Below are positions 27,474 through 41,652 of a stretch of DNA of 64,000 nt, piece by piece; position 1 is the stretch's first letter; the number at the start of each line of letters is the position of its first letter. The position numbers and the translations under genes were made by a program. The notes under the pieces were generated by a model that was not told the DNA's origin, did not search any database, and worked only from the letters and a program-made list of their open reading frames with translations. Source of the stretch: the human T2T-CHM13v2.0 reference genome, Homo sapiens; NCBI RefSeq assembly GCF_009914755.1, contig NC_060938.1; one strand, 5' to 3'.

Positions 27474-28850
27474 CACTCTTGGATGATTGGTCTGGAAGGA
27501 CTTGCAGGAGGAGAAATTATTGAAACTGGTTCAAAAGAGATGGGAAGGTTTAGATTCAAAGAGAAAGAAAGAGAGGGAGAAAAGGGTCATATTCTGAACA
27601 TCTATGTTAGGCAATACTAGAGGTTTTATATATGTACCAGATATTAGAACAATACTTTTCCAGCATCAGTTTCACCTGACAAGCATATATGATGGGCATC
27701 AATATTTCAAAGGGACTGTGAGAATGACACTTTCCCAGGCTGACTGGCAAAGGAAATGATCTCATCACTGATAATCTGCTATGATACTCAGTTCCTGGCC
27801 CTCTCAGCCTACCAAGGGTTTAAACTAGAGTGAAGAAAGGGGTGAGAAGACTTCTTTGTTGCCTCAGGGAGAGAGATCTGTGTGCCACCTTCTGATCCCA
27901 AACCCAGGGCTTTGAAATGTTGGAGCCTCAGAGAACTGGGGCCTCACTCATGCCTGAGAAATCTTACATGGACCTGGGTAGAGGGTGGGGAATTAGCCTC
28001 ACCCAGGGAGTCCTGCACAGGAGCAAAGGCTGATTAAATGCTCTGATGGGGCTCCAGGACAAGACTGGGATTTGCCACCCCACAGAAATGGTCAGAGCTT
28101 GAACGAGACAGAAACTCCCCTATCCAGAGGTGGCCATGCCAGAGAGTCCCCATAATGATAGAGTGCAGAGTCAACACCATCAGAGGTTGCATCTAGAGGG
28201 GAGAGTGGATAAGCTGGTCTCCAAAACTGCACTGTCTTCTGAAGAGAAGGGCACAACAGAGGGAGCTGCCTGTTACCCATCTATGAGCTAAGGCACCCCT
28301 CTGAACAGAGATGCACTAGCCAGAGCCAAGGGGGCTGCAGGAGACAGGCCCAGCAGGCTCTTGGAAGAGCCTGGAAAGGTGCCTGTCGATAAAAGCCATC
28401 TTGACCGTCACTAGGCAGACCAAGAGAGAGCAGAGTCATTCACACAAGTGTGAGCAGTCCTTTCCCATACCTCTCCTCCTTCCCCCAGCTCTGGTTGAAG
28501 AAAAGTCCAAACTACAGCAAAGAGTGGATAAGGAGGTGAGCAGGCAGGCCACGGGAGGAGAAGCCAGCGGTGCCCTGCTTCCCCCACTGCTGGAGACAGT
28601 CTAAAGCAGGCCTGAGCCAAGTCAAGATTGGAGTTGTGTTGAATAGCTTGGACAGGGCATTCTAATTACTGACTGGGCTTTGTTTGAGATTTTCTGCCAT
28701 TGCAGCACTTTGTTATTCAAAAGTGAGCAGAAAAGTCAAGGGATCTGCTAGACTAGGTAGGGGAAGACAACCTCTACTGAACAAAGATTAAAGGGAGGTG
28801 GGAGACAAAAAATAAAAGTATGTTTTGTTAGATCAGGTGTAATGTTGTGG

Positions 28851-29168
28851 TTTTTGTTTGTTTGTTTGTTTGTTTGTTTGTTTTTGAGACAGAGTCTTGC
28901 TCTGTCACCCAGGTTGGAGTGCAGTGGTGCAAATCTTGGCTCACTGCAACCTCCACCTCCTGGGTTCAAGTGATTCTTACAGTTCAGCCTCCTGAATAGC
29001 TGAGATTACAGGCGTCTGCCACCACATCCAGCTAAATTTTGTACTTTTAGTAGAGATGGGGTTTCACCATGTTGGTCAGGCTGGTCTTGAACTCCTGACC
29101 TCAGGTGATCCACCCCCCTCAACCTCCTAAAGTGCTGGGATTACAGGCATGAGCCACCGTGCCCAGCC
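28851..29168 (-). mobile_element. AluS (Sx/Sz-like) with (TTTG)n tail
   Basis: TSD AGATCAGGTGTAATGTT at 28830-28846 and 29171-29187. Confidence 0.97.
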
Positions 29169-29744
29169 TGAGATCAGGTGTAATGTTTATTCAATACTCT
29201 GGTTGCATGAGCATTAGCTTATTCAGCCCTCACTTTTCATAAGACTTAGCTTCCTAGCAGTGTTTAGGAAAAACCTTTCTGGTCATGATATGGGTATGCT
29301 GAGGAAAAAAGGTCTTCCTTGAATAAATGGACTTTTTTTTAACCACTGAATAAAATTGAACTTGTTTATTTATCACAGGATTGCTCAGAGCCTTTAATAT
29401 ACCAATGTGCATTTTTGACCTAGAAGAGGAAGACTTCTTAGAGAGCACTTCTCATGCTCATTTGATTGCATGTGTTCTTAGAGTGTATTTAGGAGCTTCA
29501 ATGAAGGGTTTAGAAAATGCTCCCCTGTAACACAACAATAGCATCTGTATTTGGTAGATGAAGAATGTCTTGGCTGCATCTTTTATGCTGAAAAGAGTAG
29601 AGACAGGCCCAGGTCACCTTAGGAGATGATGACTTATTAAAAGGATAAACATGGAAATAAGGAAGTCAAGATTCTCAAGCAGAGGGGTCAGGCCCCAAAG
29701 GACTAGAACAAAATTTGGTAATTGAAAAGTCATTCAAAAGACAA

Positions 29745-30060
29745 CACAGCTCTTTGGCAATGATTTATTGGATATGACACCAAAAGCACAGGAAACAAAA
29801 GAAAATAATAAATTGGATTACATCAAAATTTAAAACTTCTGTGCATCAAAGGACACAATCAAGAGTGTAAAGGCAACCATAGGATGGGAGAAAATATTTG
29901 CAAATCACATATACAATAAGAGATTAATATGTAGAATATACAAAAAACTCCTATAACTCAACAACAAAAAAAGCAAACAATCCTAATTTTAAAATGAGCA
30001 AAAGATTTGAACAGACATTTCTTCAAAAGATATACAAATGGCCAATAAGTGTATGAAACA
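29745..30060 (+). mobile_element. L1M (L1MB-like) ORF2 3' fragment
   Basis: GGCAATGATTTATTGGATATGACACCAAAAGCACA..AAAACTTCTGTGCATCAAAGGACAC..GATATACAAATGGCCAATAAG. Confidence 0.85.
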
Positions 30061-30149
30061 ATACCCTTTCATGATCCAATCAGCCCAGGCCAGAGTGGTA
30101 CTATCATATGGTAGACAGGATAGCTGAGAAAGGTACTATGACAGACATG

Positions 30150-31462
30150 GCTAGTTGTCTGACAAGGGTGCCATGACAATTCACTAGGGGAAAGATTAGG
30201 CCATTCAAAAAACAGTGCCAGGACAACTGGATATCCACATGCAAAAGAATGAAGTTGACCCTATACCTCATGCCTCATATAAAAATTAACTCAAAATAGA
30301 TAATAGACTCAAACATAAGGGCTACAAATCTTCTACCTGAAAACAAAGGTATAAATATCTACGATCTTGGGTTAGACAATGGTTTCTTAGATATGATATT
30401 AAAATCACAAGTAACAAAAATAAATAGACCAATTGGATATCATCAAAATAAAAAATATTTGTGCCTAAAGGGACAACCATGAAGAAAGTGAAAACACAAC
30501 CCAGAAAATGGGAGAAAATAACTGCAAATCATATTTCTGGTAAGGAAACTGTACTCAGAATATATATTTGAAAAAACTCTTACAACTTAATAATAAAAAC
30601 ATTAACAACCCAATTTAAAATGGGCAAGACATTTGTCCAAAGAAGATATACAAATGGTCAAAAAGTCTCCACATCATTAGTCATCAGGGAAATGAAAAAA
30701 AAAAAACTACAATGAGATTCTACTTCACGTCCACTATAATGAAAAGGACAGATTATAATACATGTTGGCAAGGACACGGAGAAATTAGAACACTCATACA
30801 CTGCTAGAGGGAATGTAAAATGGTATAGCCCTTTTGGAAAAGTCTGTCAGTTCTTCAAAAGGTTAAACATAGAGTTACCATATGATCCAGCCATTCTACT
30901 CCTAGTTATATAACCAAGAGAAATAAAAACATTTCCACACAAAAAGTTGTGCACAAATGCTCATCGCAGCATTATTCACAATACCCCAGAAGGAGAAACA
31001 ACCCAAATGTCCATCAACTTATAAATGAATAAACAACTATGGCATATCCATACAATGGTATATTATTTGACAATATGAAGGAGCGAAGTACTTATGACAC
31101 ATGCTACACCAGGCATGAACTTTGAAGAGATCATGCAAAGTGAAAAGAGCCAGTCACGAAGGACCATATATTGCACAATCCTAGTTATGTGAAACGTCCA
31201 GAGCAGGCAAATCTATAGAGACACAAAGTAGGTTAGTGGTTGCCTACGGCTGTAGGGAATGGAGAGATGAAAGGGAAGGACAAGGGGGTGGGAATGCCTA
31301 AGGAGTCCACAGGTTTCTTTTTAGGATAATGAAAAATGTTATAAAGTTTATTGGGTAACAGATGCACAACCATGTGAATATACTAAAGGTCACTGAATTG
31401 TACACTTCAAATGAGATGAGTGAATTGTATGGTATGTGAATTACACCTCAATAAAACTTTTT
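30150..31462 (+). mobile_element. L1MB ORF2 end plus 3' UTR
   Basis: GACAACTGGATATCCACATGCAAAAGAATGAAG..CAAATCTATAGAGAC..GTATGTGAATTACACCTCAATAAA. Confidence 0.9.
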
Positions 31463-31489
31463 AAAAATGGTTTTTTTCTATATAATATT

Positions 31490-31955
31490 AATTCTCTTCT
31501 TCCCGAACAACCCAAAACTCATTTGATTCAAGACACTCCGCTAAAGAACTACATTTCCCAGCCTCCCTAGCTAAGTATAGCCACATTACAACTTCCGGCC
31601 AATAAAATGCAAGCAGATATTTTTTGTGGGACATCCAAGAAGGCTGCTTAAAGGGAATCAACTGAATGATACTTATTCTTTAGTCCTCTTTTATTTTCTC
31701 CTGCAGCTGGCCTAGAACTCAAATATGACGACTAGCAGTTATTTGGGGTCGTGAGTTGACCTTGAGGGTGAAGATCACATGCCGAGAAAGACAGAAGGAA
31801 AATTAAGAGCTTGGGTCCCTGATAATCCCATGGAAACACACCCTATCTATCAGCCTTGGATTGCTCACCTCTAGACTTCTTTTGTGTGAATGAGAAACAA
31901 CCTCCTATCTTGTTGGTTCTCCTCTTTTATGGAACAGATCCTAATCTTAGCTGAC
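31490..31955 (+). mobile_element. MLT1J-like LTR fragment
   Basis: ACTACATTTCCCAGCCTCCCT..GGCCAATAAAATGCAAGCAGA..GAGCTTGGGTCCCTGAT. Confidence 0.6.
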
Positions 31956-32784
31956 AGCCTAATCCTAATTACCCAAGGTTACTAGTACACAGTAGAGCCG
32001 ATACCCAAAGCCGTTTCCCTTCCTCCTCCAATATGCCGGCATTTCTGTAGATCGAATGACCTGAGGTTCAGAGGTGAAGAAATCATTCTGTGAAGACAAG
32101 ACTGCCTGAAATAAAAAGCTGCTATGGGAGATAACACGGGAAGGACAGAGTGGGAACAGATTGCAGAGACTGAGACGTTGAGGAGGTGATACTTTATCCT
32201 GCAGGTAAAAAGCCGTAGAATACCAGGATGAAAGGAATGTATGGTAAAGATTAACCTGTACACATACTACACTAAGTGGTTAGATTAAGGCAAACTAAAT
32301 TTGCCCAGTGGGAGAAGAGAGAACAAATATAGTAATGAGCTTACACATTAACTGTTGCAGCCACATAGATTAAATCACAACAAACCATCCTCGAATCAAC
32401 TCAGGGAATCCTCAGAAAAGCAAATGAGAGCAAAACACACTTATTTACGCAAATGTGGAGAGAAGGAGGATTTTTTTTTTTCCAAATTTGGCAAAATACT
32501 CCTTTTTTCAAGCCCGTCACCATCCCTGCCACATGGGATGCCCTAGGACACATTCATTATACCACAGGTTTCCGGCTGACTCTGCAGGTCTCAGAAGTCT
32601 AGATTGCCTTCAGAAACCCGCCCGTATGGGCTGGCTATCTGAAAGTTCGATTTTTTTTTTCTATTATCACTTTTTTTTCTCAAGGGCTTCAAAACCCATC
32701 TTTTAGTAGCTGATCAGGTTCCTACAACTTTTCTGTAAAGTTCAGGGGGAGGTGGGGAATTGATCTGAAATATTTTCAATTTTC

Positions 32785-33320
32785 TTGTGTGTGGAGGATG
32801 TCTGTTTCCTTGGTCGGCTGGCGCCCTCTGTCCTTGGGGAAATGCACTTCCCCTATTTCACGTGGTGCTGGTGGGACTGCCAATCACAGCGCCTTCTTCA
32901 GCCTCCTGGTCACATGAATGGGACCTGGCCAATCACAAAACTCCATTCTCCGACCTCCAATGATTGAGAAGACCGCAGGACCAAAGCAGGACCAATCAGA
33001 GCCTTCCATGGATGCTAGGCTAATAGGAACCCTGAGAAGGAGGTTATGTTCTTTCTCCAGGATGGTGGATTATTAGGGTCATGGAGCCTGACGCTGCCAG
33101 AACTTTTTTTCCCACCTCATGGAAAGAAGAACTTCCTGGAAGGAAGGCAGGACTGAGAGTTGGAATGAAAATGACAGAGCCCTGTCCACACCGTTAAAGT
33201 ACTCAAATCCAGGTAGGACTGCAAGCAGTTCAACTCTTGGACTTTTAAGTTATATGAACTGAAAAAGAAATTAATTAGATTTCTGTCACTTGCAGCTGCA
33301 ACAGTTCTGATGAATAATAC
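32785..33320 (+). mobile_element. MLT1K/L-like LTR with three CCAAT boxes
   Basis: GGTCACATGA..CCTGGCCAATCA..GGACCAATCAGAGCC..TTCTGTCACTTGCAGC..CTGATGAATA. Confidence 0.6.
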
Positions 33321-34714
33321 AAAGTCCAGACAAAACAGGGTATCAAGGCACATCTGTCCAAGCAACTCAACAGGTCTTTATCTCAACATTTTCAAAAGGG
33401 AATGTCAGGTCAACCCAGGGTTCTGGAAATATTTGGGGAAAGGTAAATAATATACATAGAAAGTGGCTTGGGTTTTCTGGCTCCGTCATTCTTGCTAGCT
33501 ACCTAGGATCAGAGTGATTGCAAAAATCAGATTCTGGCCCATGTGGGGTGCAAACTAGGTCTCTGGCATCATGTAACTGAGCTAATTTTGAAGCATAGGC
33601 TTTCCTCAATTCTTAAAATAAAAAGCCCCCCACATTGTGTCAATCATGTAGCCAATTAAGAGACCTAGAAATGACAAACCACCGCATTGTCAAGGTAGAT
33701 TAAAGACACAGAAGACGTTTCTGATGGTTGGGATAATTAGACTGTCATCGTGCTGCATGGCCCGATCTGCTTGCCAGAGAGGGGGATGTGGAGGAGCCCA
33801 GGATTATTTTAACAGGTGGTTTAGGGAGCTAACTCCCCTGAACGCTCACCTGCTTGGCCCAGAGCAGGGATTGAAATACCAAAACCAGGAGACTGGGAGC
33901 GAGGTGTGTTTCTGTGCATGCCTATGTGTTTTTATTCCTGATGTATAAATACAGCCAAGGTGTACTGTAATCAAGCAGCCCCCATCTGTTTGCAAAATAC
34001 AGCCACCTTCCACAGTTCATCTGCCCCAAGGGCTTTATTTGAGATGGAGTTTATTTGCCCAGCAATTTACTTCCTTTCCTTTCCTCTGGGAGCCCTCACG
34101 ACCCCATTTAAACCTTTGAATGCACGTATCAAATTTCAGATTTGATTCCTCCCAACTCACACCTCTTCCCAGCCAGTCCACATAAATCCTCACGAACGGT
34201 GATTACCTTCCTTGCCCCAGAGACCTAGAGAACTCCAGTTGAACAAGATTATTCAGCTCCCAAAGACTAAATAGAGGAACTATCCCTAATTTACAGACAG
34301 TTAGTACCTCTCGTCCACATCCTCCTTGGGGGGAAGTGGGTCTGTATTGCTTTGCTGCAGGAAGTCACAAATCTAGTGCTAAAAAAAATCCATATTTATA
34401 TACACATGAGGGCCCCAAAGGCAAAAATCTATAAGAGGTACTAGACTGCCAGAAACACAGCGGGATGAAGAAAGTGTTATTTGTTGTTATCTTCTCAAGG
34501 AGATCTGTGTGTGTTGCAGGAATAGTTTAATACACTGCTTGCAATCCATGGTAGCTTAAGCCACTTTCCCAAGAGTATGGGTCCAAAAAGCAGAAAGGCT
34601 TTTATCTTGCTGGGTGTTGGACACAGGGCCGGGGCCTCAAGGGAATTGCTTTAGATGATTGAGGCAGTTTGGGTGGGGACTGCAGACAACAGTCTTCCTC
34701 CCACCTATCCTTTT

Positions 34715-35215
34715 GTGTTTGTACCTATTGCTGCCATAACAAATTATCACAAACTTGGTGGCTTAAAACAACAGAAATGTATCCTTTTAAAGCTCTAGAG
34801 GCCAGAAATCCAAAACATTCCTACTGGGCTAAGATCAAGGTGTGAGTTTTGCAGAGCTGTGCTCCCTCTGGAGGTCCTAGGGGAGAATCTTTTTCTATAT
34901 CTTTCCAACTTCTTGAGCAGCATTCCTTGGCTCATGGCCCCTTTTACCACCTTCAAAGCCAGCAATGTGACATCTTCTGTCTCCGATTCCTTCCTTTTGC
35001 CCTCATCACATGGCTTTTTCCTCTTCTGTCAGTAGTCACATCTCCCTCTGTCTGCCTCTTATGTGGACACTAGTGATTACACTGGGCCTACTCAAATAAT
35101 TTCCCCATCTCAAAATTCCCAATTTATTCACATCTGCAAAAACCCTTAGTTTATGTAATGTAACATTGAGAGGTTCCAGAGTTTAGGATCTGGTATCTTT
35201 GGAGGTCACTATTCA
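34715..35215 (-). mobile_element. MLT1D/E-like LTR
   Basis: CCTATTGCTGCCATAACAAATTATCACAAACTTGGTGGCTTAAAACAAC..TCACATCTGCAAA. Confidence 0.8.
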
Positions 35216-35676
35216 GCGAATGATGCTTCCTGTTAGGGGTTGAAGAGTTATTTCCCACTTATTGATTAGGGGAAGCAGTCACTCTCAGTCTGGTGGTAGG
35301 AGTTCAAATTGATGCCGGACAACTTGGCAGTCTCTATCAAGAGTAAAATATATTTTCTCTTGCATTCAGCAGTTTCTTCTAGGAATTCATCGATTCAGCT
35401 TCTAAGAATTCATCATGGAGATGTTTTTGAAAATGGATGTGTAAGGATTTTTTTTCTAGGGTTGTTATAACAGCCCAATTTTCTAAACAAACTGCATGGC
35501 CCCAGCTATGAGGGCTGGTTGGACAAATTAAGGAACATCCATATCATAAAATGCTGTGCAATTATAGAAGAGAATGAGATAGATCTGTGTAAGTTAATGT
35601 GGAAGCCTTTAAGATAAGGGAATAAAATAAGGTCATAGACAGTATGCAGAGTAATTCTCATGTGTGTAAACAAGAG

Positions 35677-35678
<2 letters not shown>

Positions 35679-35710
<32 letters not shown>
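35679..35710. repeat. (GT)16 microsatellite
   Basis: Seen directly. Confidence 0.97.
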
Positions 35711-35712
<2 letters not shown>

Positions 35713-35988
35713 TTGTATAGACCTACAATATTCCTGGAGACAGAGGACAAGTTGTTCCCTCTGTGGAGGGTGACTAGGAAGATGGAGGTATGGAATACAA
35801 GTGGTTTTAAGTTTTTACAGTGGGTATTTATTACTTTTAAAAGCAGTTAATGAAAAAAGAGAGCAAACATTGGTTTGAAAGAGCTCGTTTTCAAGAAGCG
35901 ACTTTTATTAGCCTTTCCAAGGCACCCATAATTTCTGGTCTTATCTCCCCAACTCCTCAACCCTCATCACCAAGACTGAGGTCTTTCC

Positions 35989-36320
<332 letters not shown>

Positions 36321-36499
36321 CTACAATCCCACAAGATCACAGTACCTTTCTCCTTGGAGGCTCCCACAGGTATCCTTTGAAGCCAGATTGATTTCTGCAG
36401 GTTACAAATGGGAATTTGCAGGGGACATTTACAGTGGGGGGAAAATATTAATAATTTTCTCCGATCATAAACCAAGACTGGGAGAGGGGTAGCAGGAAA

Positions 36500-36690
36500 A
36501 GAATCTCGGCCTAGAGTTGAATACTTTGGAGTTCAAATTCTGGCCATGTGACCTTGAGCAAGTCACCAAACCATTCTGAACCTCAGTTTCCTCATCCACA
36601 AGATAGGAATAATGATATGAACTCAGGACTGTGGTGAAAATCAAAATTAAAAGTGAGACTATAGGAGATTGTGTTTTGGAAGCTTTAGAC
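36500..36690 (+). mobile_element. MIR SINE
   Basis: GTTCAAATTCTGG..TGTGACCTTGAGCAAGTCAC..CCTCAGTTTCCTCATC. Confidence 0.8.
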
Positions 36691-37509
36691 ACTCCCCAAG
36701 TGGATGCCCTCTCTGGGGATTGCCCTGACCCCATGCTCAGACTGTGTTGGTAGGGAGAAGACCTAGATCTGAGGAATGTAGGGTTAATAGTACAGGAGCT
36801 TCGGAACTTGTGGCTGCTTTGTTACATAGAGGAAGGCACAAGGTCTGTGTGCCTGAGATTCTAGTCTATAAAACAGAATTCATAAAACACAAAGTTAATA
36901 GATAAGGCAGTGTAGGGTTTAGTTGGCCTTGTAGTACATTAAGAACCTCTTGAAATTAAAAAAAAAATGTTAAAGGCTATGAGATACCCACGGTCTCTTG
37001 ACTATTGATGCTGAACCAACAGTACTGCTCCAACTCAAAACCAACGTTCTTGGCTCAAACCACTGCATGTCCAGAGCCAGAGGGTAAATAAATACACAAG
37101 ACAATTGCAAGGGGATCATGAGGTGACCAAGGCTGGCTGTGAATTGGAGCCAAGTAAGTGAATTGGAAGTAGAGCACAGCCACATGAGGCAAACAAACTC
37201 TGCTCCAGGTGTGTGGATGGGCTCAGAGCTTCTCATGCCCGCTCTGACTGGACTCGCTGGCTGGGCTCCGGCCATGTGAGCAGAAGCCTGGGTTGTTTCA
37301 GCCTCATTGCACAATACATTGTACTCATCCTGAACCAAATACCGAAGCAGGAAGAGGTGTCTGTCCAGACTGCAAAGGAGGACAACTTTTCTTAGAAGTC
37401 CCCCAGGTCCATTGTGCCATGTCAAAACTCTCCACGTAGCCTTAAAAAGATCAATGCTGTTCAGTTTCCTTAGACTACATTTGAAGTGAAGAATTCCCTT
37501 TCCTGGAGT

Positions 37510-37632
37510 TGTTATAGTGGAGTGCCAGCCCCGTACCTGAGTCCTGGCCTTGACATTTACTAAGTGGGTAACCTTGGGCAAGTTGTTAAACTCTCTGAGA
37601 CTTCATTTCTTCATTTACAAAATGGGTATCAT
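37510..37632 (+). mobile_element. MIR SINE
   Basis: AACCTTGGGCAAGTTGTTAAACTCTCTGAG..TTTCTTCATTTACAAAATGGG. Confidence 0.8.
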
Positions 37633-38350
37633 ACCAAATTTCCTAATTTCTAAGATGACATTTTGCAACATTTCGGAAACCATGCTGGGTCTTATGATTA
37701 AGGTGTATATTTAATTTGCCATTGCTTCTTTTATTCTTAGACTCTTGCAGGATCACTGATATTTTTAACAGCTGTATTAGCATTTCTTTATTAGCAGCTT
37801 TATTCACACACCATGCAATTCACCAATTTAAATTTTACAGTTCAGTGATTTTCAGTATATTCACAGAGTTGTACATTCATTACCACAATCAATTTTAGAA
37901 CATCTTCCCCAAAAGAAAACCTCTACTGTTTAGTTATTGTATAACCCAAGTCTTTCTGTCTTTATAGTCAGGCCTTTTCTGGACATTTGCTACAAATGAA
38001 ATCATATGATATGTGGTCCTTTGTGTCTGGCTTCCTTCATTTGGCATGTTTTCTAGGTTCATCCATGTTGTGACATGCATCAATAATTAATTTCTTTTTA
38101 TGTCTGAATTAATATTCCATCATATGAACATGCCATATTTTATTTATCTATTCATCAATTGATGTTTGTTTCTTTGTGTCTGTTTTATGAATAAAACTAC
38201 TATGAACATTCATGTACAAGCTTTTGTCTGAACATCTTTTCATTTTTCTTGGATATGTAACTAGGAGTGAAATTGTTGGGTCATATGTTAACTTGGTGAC
38301 AATGGTTAACTGAGAAACTACCAGACTTTTCCAAAGTGGCTGCACCATTT

Positions 38351-38648
38351 ATTTATTTATTTATTTGAAGTAGAGTCTTGCTCTTTCCTCCAGGATGGAG
38401 TACAGTGGTGCAATCTCAGCTCACTGGAACCTCCGCCTCCTGGGTTTAAGCCATTCTCCTGCCTCAGCCTCCTGAGTAGCTGGGACTACAGGTGCGTGCG
38501 ACCACACCTGGCTAATTTTTGTGTTTTTAATAGAGATGGGGTTTCGTCATGTTGATCAGGCTGGTCTTGAACTCCTGACTTCAGGTAATTCACCCTCCTC
38601 AGTCTCCCAAAGCTCTGAGATTACAGGCGTGAGCCACCGCGCCTCGCC
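38351..38648 (-). mobile_element. AluS (Sx/Sz-like) inside L1MB
   Basis: TSD GCTGCACCATTT at 38339-38350 and 38650-38661. Confidence 0.96.
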
Positions 38649-39751
38649 AGCTGCACCATTTTACATTCCTGCCCGCAGTGTATGATAATTCCAATTTCTC
38701 TACATCTTTTCCAACACTTTTTATTGTCTGATTTTTTTTATTATAGCCATCCTGTGAATGTGAAGTATTATCTCATTGTAGTTTAATTTGCATTTCCCTG
38801 ATGATAAATGATGGTAATATATTTTTGCCTGTTGGTCATTTGTGTATCTTCTTTGGAGAAAGTTCTCTTCAGAAACTTTGCCCATTTTTAAGTTGAATTG
38901 TCTTTTTATTACTTAGTTGTAAGAGTTTTTAAAATATATTTTAGACACAAGTGCCTTACTGATATATTATTTGTAAATATTTTCTCCCATTCTGTGTGTT
39001 GTCTTTACACTTTCTTGATGGTATCCTTTTAATCATGAATATTAATTTTGACAAAGCCCAAACAATCTCCTTTTCTGTTTGTTGCTGTGCTTTTGGTATC
39101 ATAATTAAGGAATCATTTTAAAATAAAAATCACAGTGGTTTGCCTTCTAAGATTAAAGTTTTATTTCTCACAGTTAGGTCTGTGATCCATTTTGAGTTCA
39201 TGTTTATATGTAATGTGAGGCAAGGGTCCAGATTCATTCTTTTGCATGTGGACTTCCAGTTGTCCCAGCACTATTCGTTGAAAAGAATACTCTTTCCCCA
39301 TTGAATTTTCTAGGCACTCATCTTGAAAATCAATTGACCATGCATGTGAGAGTTTATTTCTGGACCCTCAATTCCATTCCACTGATCTGTCTGTCCGTCC
39401 TCATATAGACAGTACCACATGTTCTTGATCACTGCAGAATTGTAGTTAGCTCTAAAATCAGAGAATGTGAGTCCTCCAATGTCGTTCTTCTTTTTCAAGA
39501 TTGTGTTGGCTGTTCTCAGTCCCTTACACTTCCTTAAGAATTTTAGTATCAGCTTGTCAATATCTGCAAAAAGACATCTGAGATTTTAATAGGGAATGTG
39601 TTCAATCTGTAGATCAGTTTAGGGAATATTGCTATCTGAGTAATATTAACTCTTCTAATCCATGAACATGGGATATTCTTCTATTTATTTAGACCTTCAA
39701 TTTCTTCCAACAATGATTTTTAGATTTTTAGTCTTTTGGATATAAGGTTTG

Positions 39752-40094
<343 letters not shown>

Positions 40095-41055
40095 TGAGTA
40101 TTTTATTCCTTTTTACACTATTGAAATGGAATTGTTTTCTCAATTTTATTTTCATTGTTCAATGCTAGTATATGGAAATACAATTGATTTTTGTATATTG
40201 ATTTTGTACTCTGAAACTTTGCTGAACTTGTTTGTTCTAATAAATTTTTAGTGGATTCCTTAGGATTATCTGTATACAAGGTCATTACATATGTTTCTTC
40301 TTTGTTTCCAATCTGGATACCTTTTATTTCTTTTTCTTACCTAATTGCCCTGGCTAGAACTCAAATACAATGTTGAATAGGAGTGGCAAAAGTGGACATC
40401 CCTCTCCTGTTCCTGGTCTTAAGGGGAAAGCAGTCTTTCACTATTACGTATGATGTTAGCTGTGGGGTTTTCATAGATATCTTTTAAAGGGTTGAGAAAG
40501 TTCCTTCCTATCCCTAGTTTTTTTTTTTTTTTTTTTTAGCATTTTTATCATAAAAGGATGTTGAATTTTGTCAAATGCTTCTTCAGTAGAAATAACAGTG
40601 TAATTTCCTAACAATCTCTCCAGTGTTTTGCTTGGAGTAAAAAGTCTTGGGGCCACTTCACTAATTTTAGCATTAGCCCCAAGCAAGGAACACCTAAGAT
40701 CTGCCAAGTCACTGGCTTTGGGACATCTAAGAGCAGAGGAGCACCCCTTTCCCACACACCTTTTACTCCAGCTGGCCTTCCACTTAGACCCCAGTTGAAC
40801 TGTCCTATTCAAGGGCTGATTCCTATGACCATGGATAATCAAGTCCTGGGAGATCAAGAGTTGAATTTTCATGGCAATCAGATCAGATTCTTTCTTTGCC
40901 TTTTGGGGGATGGTTTTTTCTCATCTTGACCATAATTTTCCTCTAATTTCTACTCATGGGCATTTGAACTTGGGCATAAGACATACATATACTGAACTCA
41001 ATTGTTTTGTAAGTGTTTCACAGGTTTTTATTTTGCCTAGGTAGTCAAGGAGTAA

Positions 41056-41652
41056 TTTTTTTTTTCTTTGAGACAGGGTCTCACTCTGTCTCCCTGGCTG
41101 GAGTGCAATGGCTCAATCTCAGCTCACTGCAACCTCCACCTACTGGGCTTAAGTGATCCTCCCCACTTAGCCTCCTAAGTAGCTAGGACCACAGGTGCAC
41201 ACCACCACACCTGGCAATATTTTTGTATTTTTTTGTAGAAATGGGGTTTCACCCATCACTCTGAGCAAACTATCACAAGGACAGAAAACCAAACACCGCA
41301 TGTTCTCACTCATAGGTGGGAATTGAACAATGGGAACACTTGGACACAGGAAGGGGAACATCACACACTGGGGCCTGTCGTGGAGTGGGGGGAGTGGGGA
41401 GGGATAGCATTAGGAGATATACCTAATGTAAACGATGAGTTAATGGGTGCAGCACACCAACATGGCACATGTATACATATGTAACAAAGCTGCATGTTGT
41501 GCACATGTACCCTAGAACTTAAAGTATAAAAAAAAAAGAAGTGGGGTTTCATTATATTGCCCAAGCTGGTCTCAAACTCCTGAGCTCAAGTGATCTGCCT
41601 GCCTTGGCCCCCGACGTGCTGGGATTACAGGTGCGAGCCACCATGCCCAGCT
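41056..41652 (-). mobile_element. AluJ split by an L1PA insertion
   Basis: Right arm and linker 41056-41251, left arm resumes 41552-41652. Confidence 0.95.
41252..41536 (+). mobile_element. L1PA (PA5-like) 5'-truncated 3' end inserted in an Alu
   Basis: AAACTATCACAAGGACAGAAAACC..GTACCCTAGAACTTAAAGTATAA(A)n; TSD AGAA(A/G)TGGGGTTTCA at 41237-41251 and 41537-41551. Confidence 0.95.

Noticed and set aside
29745-30660. Two adjacent L1MB segments covering the same ORF2 region (possible tandem duplication)
   Set aside because: They look about as diverged from each other as independent old L1 copies; two separate insertions is simpler
36970-37581. 203-aa minus-strand ORF
   Set aside because: Starts inside a MIR at a non-ATG codon (MPKVTHLV is MIR-derived); no protein-like features
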